DNA from: Candidatus Arthromitus sp. SFB-rat-Yit
GTDB lineage: Bacteria; Bacillota; Clostridia; Clostridiales; Clostridiaceae
Direction of reading: 5' to 3'
DNA length: 32,000 bases
Assembly: GCF_000283555.1 (NCBI RefSeq)
Contig: NC_016012.1
Coordinates: 810,001 to 842,000 of the forward strand
How positions within the stretch are numbered: the first letter of the stretch is position 1; each line of letters begins with the position of its first letter. Below, piece by piece: positions 27,496 through 32,000 of the stretch. The translations under genes and the position numbers were made by a program. Below the pieces are notes generated by a model that was given only the letters and a program-made list of their open reading frames with translations, did not search any database and was not told the DNA's origin.

Positions 27496-28095
27496 TCACC
27501 TCATTAAATTTTTCAAGCACTCTTTTATTATAAATTCCAGCGGCTCATAAGGAAATTTTTTCACTACTTCATTTAACACTTTATTTACACTTTTATCATC
27601 AAACCCCAAAGATAATAACGCCTCCTTCGATTCGGATAAAATATCATTGGATTTGTGATCAACAATAATTTCACTCACCTTATCATAACTTCCTAGCACA
27701 ATCTTATCCTTTAATTCAAGTATTATTCGCTGTGCTGTTTTTTTTCCAACACCATTTGCTTTCATCAACATAGATTCATCAGAATAATAAATAGCCTCTT
27801 TAAGTGTATCAACAGTATTAATCGACAATATTGACAAAGCAGCTTTAGCTCCGATTCCACTTATATTTATTAATTTTAAAAACATATCTAATTCATCATG
27901 ATTTATAAACCCATACAAACCTATAAAATCTTCTCTAACTATTTGTTCAACGTAAAGTTTAATCTTTTTATCTATATCTGGCATCGAGCAAATACTATTT
28001 CCCGATGTAAAAATTTTATATCCTATACCATTATTTTCTATAATTACATAGTCTTTATTTAAACCTTTATAAATTCCCTCTATATACTCGTACAT
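27496..28095 (-). CDS. ruvA: Holliday junction branch migration complex subunit RuvA
   Basis: 199 aa. N-terminal OB domain MYEYIEG...GIGYKI. Two HhH motifs: [13 protein letters not shown] and [16 protein letters not shown]. Confidence 0.93.
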   Translation of the reverse strand: MYEYIEGIYKGLNKDYVIIENNGIGYKIFTSGNSICSMPDIDKKIKLYVEQIVREDFIGLYGFINHDELDMFLKLINISGIGAKAALSILSINTVDTLKEAIYYSDESMLMKANGVGKKTAQRIILELKDKIVLGSYDKVSEIIVDHKSNDILSESKEALLSLGFDDKSVNKVLNEVVKKFPYEPLEFIIKECLKNLMR

Positions 28096-28187
28096 ACATC
28101 ATAACCTTTTCAAATTTTGAAATTAATTATTTTAATATTAATTTAACACTCGTAATAACTTTTTTCAACTAAACTTAATTAAATTGG

Positions 28188-28760
28188 CTAAGTTTCAAGT
28201 TCACTCAATATGTACTGCATTTCATCCCTGTTTTCTGAAGTTAATTGATAATTTAATACCAAATTTCTGTCTATCGCAGGTAAAGAATCTACTTTCTTAC
28301 TACTTATATCTATTTTTTCATTTTCAATAAATAATTTTCCATTTTTATCTGATTTAAATACAGTTATATATCCATTTTTCTCTCCTATATAGTACATATT
28401 GGGATTAAAATTGTTTGTATCCTTTTCTTTTAAGATGATAGATTTATCATTGAAATCAACTATATCATACTTATCCATAGAATACATATCCGTAAGAATT
28501 TTATTAATATCCGTTAACTCTAACTTTATTCTATTTTTTTCCATAAACTCCCCATCATCATTTTGAGTTACTATAACAAGATCTCTAGTTCCATTTTTAG
28601 ATATTGTTTCATAACTATTCTTATTAACAAAGTTAGTGTCACCTTTAAAATTAATATTTTTATATGTTATCATGTAAGCACTTAAAAAAACTAATATAGA
28701 TATACAAATTATTCCCAGTATTATGAAATTGTTTTTGTTATTTAAAAATTTATTTTTCAT
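28188..28760 (-). CDS. Membrane-anchored hypothetical protein, possibly with a BofC C-terminal-domain-like region
   Basis: 190 aa with an N-terminal TM anchor (FIILGIICISILVFLSAYMI). The C-terminal segment YYIGEKNGYITVFKSD...DSLPAIDRNLVLNYQLTSENRDEMQYILSELE resembles BofC_C-type domains. It lies upstream of ruvA, as bofC does in Bacillus subtilis. The assignment is by memory only. Confidence 0.4.
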   Translation of the reverse strand: MKNKFLNNKNNFIILGIICISILVFLSAYMITYKNINFKGDTNFVNKNSYETISKNGTRDLVIVTQNDDGEFMEKNRIKLELTDINKILTDMYSMDKYDIVDFNDKSIILKEKDTNNFNPNMYYIGEKNGYITVFKSDKNGKLFIENEKIDISSKKVDSLPAIDRNLVLNYQLTSENRDEMQYILSELET

Positions 28761-28783
28761 TCTTTCTCACTCCTTGTTAGGAT

Positions 28784-28813
28784 TATGTATAAAATATTTA
28801 ATTTTTATACATA
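28784..28813. repeat. Perfect 11-bp inverted repeat just upstream of the 190-aa gene
   Basis: tatgtataaaa (28784..28794) / ttttatacata (28803..28813) with an 8-nt spacer. It lies 24-53 nt upstream of ATG 28760, between the yebC terminator and the RBS. Almost all of the stem is A/T. Confidence 0.6.
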
Positions 28814-28819
28814 TTTAGA

Positions 28820-28858
28820 TAAAAAATGAAAAAAGTGTATTGAAGATTTAATACACTT
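28820..28858 (-). terminator. Rho-independent terminator after yebC
   Basis: 9-bp stem aagtgtatt (28833..28841) / aatacactt (28850..28858) with an 8-nt loop. It is followed by TTTTTTCATTTTTT on the minus transcript. Confidence 0.7.
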
Positions 28859-28865
28859 TAAATTT

Positions 28866-29609
28866 TTAATTATCAATTTCATATTCTGCATTACAAAAAA
28901 CTTCTTGAACATCATCATCATCTTCTAATGCATCTATAAACTTTTCTATTATATTAATTTTCTCATCAGAATCCAAAAAAACATTTGTATCTGCTTGCAA
29001 CATTACTTCAGCTTCTAAAAAATCAATATTTTCAGATTCAAGCTCCTCCTTTATTTTTTTAAAATTTTCAACACTACTCTTAATTACATAAACATTATCA
29101 CTTTCGTGAGTTTGAAAATCATCAGCACCACAATTAAAAGCAATTTCCATTATCTCATCTTCACTAATATCTTGAGAACTATCGACTACAATCTCACCAA
29201 CTTCTTTAAACATATAACTGACACAACCACTAGATCCAAGATTTCCAGAAAATTTAGAAAATATATGTCTTACATTACCTGCAGTTCTATTTTTATTATC
29301 GGTCAACGCTTTAACTATGACTGCAACTCCAAATGGTCCATAGCCTTCGTAAACTAAATTTTCATAATTATCCCCGCTTAATTCTCCTGCCCCTTTCTTA
29401 ATAGCTCTCTCTATTGTTTCTTTAGGAATATTATTATATTGTGCCTTTTCTATAGCATCTTTAAGTTTCGAATTTCCTTCGATACTTGATCCTCCCATTT
29501 TCGCTGCAACAGATATCTCTTTTACAAGTTTTGTGAAAATTTTTGATCTTTTCGAATCAACTTTACTCTTTCTCGCTTGTATATTATGCCATTTACTATG
29601 TCCTGACAT
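28866..29609 (-). CDS. yebC: YebC/PmpR family DNA-binding transcriptional regulator
   Basis: 247 aa. Hallmark N-terminus MSGHSKWHNIQARKSKVDSKRSKIFTKL, and NKNRTAGNVRH. Confidence 0.93.
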   Translation of the reverse strand: MSGHSKWHNIQARKSKVDSKRSKIFTKLVKEISVAAKMGGSSIEGNSKLKDAIEKAQYNNIPKETIERAIKKGAGELSGDNYENLVYEGYGPFGVAVIVKALTDNKNRTAGNVRHIFSKFSGNLGSSGCVSYMFKEVGEIVVDSSQDISEDEIMEIAFNCGADDFQTHESDNVYVIKSSVENFKKIKEELESENIDFLEAEVMLQADTNVFLDSDEKINIIEKFIDALEDDDDVQEVFCNAEYEIDN

Positions 29610-29621
29610 TATTTCTCCTCC

Positions 29622-29957
29622 TTATTTTTTCTTAGGATATTTTATAGAATTTTTACGTAATTTTTCCATTATATTCTTGTACAAATCAATATCCAAGCTA
29701 TTAGCCAAAGAAATTGAATATATCATAACATCTGCTAATTCTTCACAGAAATGTTCAAATTTATCGCTATTTTTAATGTTATTTGCTTCGTCGGTTGTAT
29801 CCCACTGAAATATTTCCATAAGTTCTGCTGCTTCGATTGCTATACTCATGCTAAGATCTTTAGGATTCCTAAACTTATCCCATCCACGTTCTGACTCGAA
29901 ATTTTTTATTATTATTTTCAGCTCTTCTAGATTAACTCTTGAATCATTTAACTCCAT
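29622..29957 (-). CDS. MazG-like nucleotide pyrophosphohydrolase
   Basis: ERGWDKF...IEAAELMEIFQW...EELADVMIYSISLAN (the EExxE/D helix pattern of the all-alpha NTP-PPase fold). The track start at 29990 overlaps yigZ. ATG 29957 (MELNDSRV...) follows AGGAGA. Confidence 0.75.
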   Translation of the reverse strand: MELNDSRVNLEELKIIIKNFESERGWDKFRNPKDLSMSIAIEAAELMEIFQWDTTDEANNIKNSDKFEHFCEELADVMIYSISLANSLDIDLYKNIMEKLRKNSIKYPKKK

Positions 29958-29976
29958 AATTAATTCTCCTAATTTA

Positions 29977-30633
29977 TTATTGAATCTCATTATTTAAAAA
30001 ATATCTTCCCTCATTTTTAAAATACATAACATCATCGCTAATTTCAACATCAAAATTATTCGAAGTTAGATCAGTTATATCGGATAAAAGCTTATTTACA
30101 ATAATTTTTTCAATTCTAACTTTAAATATAACCTTTTCTTCATATAAAACATTATCTACATGAATTTTATTTACATCAAAAAAGTACTGTAATTTTCCAA
30201 TAATCTCATACGGAACAATTATTGAGATTTCTTTACCTAAAACTCTATCAACTATCTTCGCTTTATCGATCACTCCACTGGCACCATTTACATAAGCCCT
30301 AGTCAATCCTCCAACACCTAAAAGAATTCCTCCGAAATACCTTGTTACTACAACAATAATATCTGTTAATCCTCTTTTCTTAATTAATTCTATTATTGGT
30401 ATTCCTGCCGTACCTCGTGGCTCTCCATCATCTGTATATCTTTGAATCAACATATCATTACCAATTACATAAGCATAAACATTGTGCCTAGCTTCATGAT
30501 GCTTAGTCTTTATATCATCTATAAATTTTTTAGCCTCATATTCTGACTCAATATGCTTAATGTATCCTATAAAAATAGATTTCTTTTCTTCAAACTTGTA
30601 TTCTGTTTCACCTATTATAGTTTTGTAATCCAA
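29977..30633 (-). CDS. yigZ: YigZ / IMPACT (UPF0029) family protein
   Basis: 218 aa. KHHEARHNVYAYVIG...YTDDGEPRGTAGIPIIE, typical of YigZ. Confidence 0.88.
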   Translation of the reverse strand: MDYKTIIGETEYKFEEKKSIFIGYIKHIESEYEAKKFIDDIKTKHHEARHNVYAYVIGNDMLIQRYTDDGEPRGTAGIPIIELIKKRGLTDIIVVVTRYFGGILLGVGGLTRAYVNGASGVIDKAKIVDRVLGKEISIIVPYEIIGKLQYFFDVNKIHVDNVLYEEKVIFKVRIEKIIVNKLLSDITDLTSNNFDVEISDDVMYFKNEGRYFLNNEIQ

Positions 30634-30636
30634 TTT

Positions 30637-31995
30637 CTAATTCTCCAAACCTTCAATAATATATTTTTTAAATCTATTTAGCTTACTTTTTGGTACATCA
30701 AAATTAACAAATGTTCCATTATCCAAATGTTTCTCTTGTATAATTTTGTAATCCTTATAGATAATGTTTAATATTGAATAATCCGAGTATGGAATCAATA
30801 ATGACACGTTTTTATATTCCAAGCTTAATGTTTCCTCAATCAAGTTCAATAAGCTATCTATGTTAAATCCATTAAATGCAGAAATAAATATTGATTTTTC
30901 ATTAGGATATAGTCTGTGTATTTTTATTTTAAATTCCTCTAATTCCTCATCTTTTAATTTGTCTACTTTATTAAATATCAGTATCCTATTTAAATTTTTA
31001 ATTCCAATTTCTTTCAAAACATTATCAGTTGTATCTATTTCAATTTCAAAATTACTAGAAGAAGAATCTACTACATGCAAAAGTAAATTACTATAAATAA
31101 CCTCCTCCAATGTCGATTTAAATGCATCCACCAAATCATGTGGCAATTTTTTAATGAAACCAACCGTGTCAGTTAAAGAAATTATGGTCTTTCTCGGTAA
31201 TAAAATCTTCCTGACAGTTGTATCCAATGTTGCAAATAACATATCGGCTTCAAACACAAGTTTTTTATCTAACTCTGTTTCACCTTCATTAGATGTCATA
31301 TAAATATAATTTCTTAATGTGGATTTACCTGCATTTGTATATCCTACTATTGATACTTGTGGTATATTGTTCTTTATCCTTGCGTCCCTTTGTACACTTC
31401 TCTCTAACTTTATTTTTTCAATTTCTTTCTTCAAATAATCAATTCTGCTTCTTATATATCTTCTATCCGTTTCAAGTTTAGTTTCTCCTGATCCTCCTCT
31501 TAAGCCTATACCACCTGACGTTCTATTTAAATCAGTATTTAATCCTCTAAGTCTTGAATATTTGTACTTCAATACAGCCAATTCAACTTGATATTTAGAA
31601 ACTTTAGATTTCGCCCTTCTTGCAAATATTTCTAAAATTAAAGTCGTCCTATCTATAACTCTAATTCCTGATATCTCTTCAAGAGCACGTATTTGTGATC
31701 CTGATAAATCATCGTCGAAAATCAACAATTTTATGTTTCTATGATAAATAGAATTTATTATTTCTTTAATCTTTCCCTTACCTATGTAATACATCGAGTC
31801 AGCCTTATCTCTTTTTTGAAAAAATGTATCATCAACATTTATACTGCAAGCATAAGCCAACTCTTTTAATTCTTCAAGACTCTCTAAAGTGTCACATCCT
31901 ATCAAAACGCAATTATCTTCAATTTTATTTTTATATATTTCAAGTTTAAAATTTTTCTCTATCTCTTGTATCTTTGTAAAAATGTCAAAATTCAA
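30637..31995 (-). CDS. hflX: GTPase HflX
   Basis: 452 aa from a TTG start. HflX N-domain YYIGKGKIKEI, G1 GYTNAGKSTL, G3 DTVGF, G4 NKVD. The reading frame is still open at the window edge, so the true start could lie beyond 32000. Confidence 0.9.
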   Translation of the reverse strand: MNFDIFTKIQEIEKNFKLEIYKNKIEDNCVLIGCDTLESLEELKELAYACSINVDDTFFQKRDKADSMYYIGKGKIKEIINSIYHRNIKLLIFDDDLSGSQIRALEEISGIRVIDRTTLILEIFARRAKSKVSKYQVELAVLKYKYSRLRGLNTDLNRTSGGIGLRGGSGETKLETDRRYIRSRIDYLKKEIEKIKLERSVQRDARIKNNIPQVSIVGYTNAGKSTLRNYIYMTSNEGETELDKKLVFEADMLFATLDTTVRKILLPRKTIISLTDTVGFIKKLPHDLVDAFKSTLEEVIYSNLLLHVVDSSSSNFEIEIDTTDNVLKEIGIKNLNRILIFNKVDKLKDEELEEFKIKIHRLYPNEKSIFISAFNGFNIDSLLNLIEETLSLEYKNVSLLIPYSDYSILNIIYKDYKIIQEKHLDNGTFVNFDVPKSKLNRFKKYIIEGLEN

Positions 31996-32000
31996 ATAAT

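Noticed and set aside
28109-28121. The palindrome TTCAAA-T-TTTGAA just upstream of ruvA, considered as a possible LexA/SOS box.
   Set aside because: It does not match the Firmicutes LexA consensus (GAAC-N4-GTTC). It is AT-only and short, and probably incidental.
687-31481. All plus-strand ORFs in the supplied track (62-133 aa), for example 687..926, 6702..7028, 8360..8725, 10422..10823, 19050..19448, 20890..21246, 26614..26952.
   Set aside because: Each lies entirely or almost entirely antisense to a well-supported minus-strand gene. None has a Shine-Dalgarno sequence. Their products are low-complexity, Ile/Leu/Phe/Ser-rich and have no recognisable motifs. This is the typical shadow-ORF pattern of AT-rich genomes.
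1-32000. I scanned for CRISPR arrays, tRNA/rRNA genes, IS elements/transposases, integrases, phage or toxin-antitoxin/defence modules.
   Set aside because: I found no spaced direct repeats, no GC-rich structured RNA islands, and no ORFs with transposase, integrase or defence-type motifs. The gaps between genes are short and are accounted for by promoters and terminators.

Overview
AT-rich chromosomal backbone of a low-GC Firmicute, probably class Clostridia. All 33 credible CDS lie on the minus strand. I judge every plus-strand ORF in the supplied track to be an antisense shadow. Gene order, read 5' to 3' on the minus strand: hflX, yigZ, mazG-like, yebC | BofC-like, ruvA, ruvB, queA, tgt, yajC | DUF4214 surface protein | SCIFF precursor, SCIFF radical-SAM maturase, secD, secF | RecJ-like remnant, apt, relA, MBL hydrolase, hisS, aspS | glyA | fabH, fabD, fabG, fabF, accB, fabZ, accC, accD, accA | Rrf2 regulator, cysteine desulfurase (partial). 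This is essentially the conserved Firmicutes ruvAB-queA-tgt-yajC...secDF...recJ-apt-relA...hisS-aspS...cymR-nifS backbone. I saw no tRNA, rRNA, CRISPR, IS or phage elements. The most interesting item is a 45-codon, GTG-initiated, six-cysteine ORF at 21663..21800 that is absent from the ORF track. With the adjacent radical SAM/SPASM enzyme it forms a SCIFF-type RiPP pair. That family is already described, but its physiological role is unknown. Other points worth a second look: a short, apparently catalytically dead RecJ-like protein in the recJ position; a self-contained transcription unit for a 642-aa secreted DUF4214 protein with no recognisable anchor; and a fab/acc cluster lacking an enoyl-ACP reductase, acpP and a regulator. 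I did not find convincing evidence for a wholly undescribed multi-gene system. All calls rest on by-eye translation and motif recognition, with no searches run.
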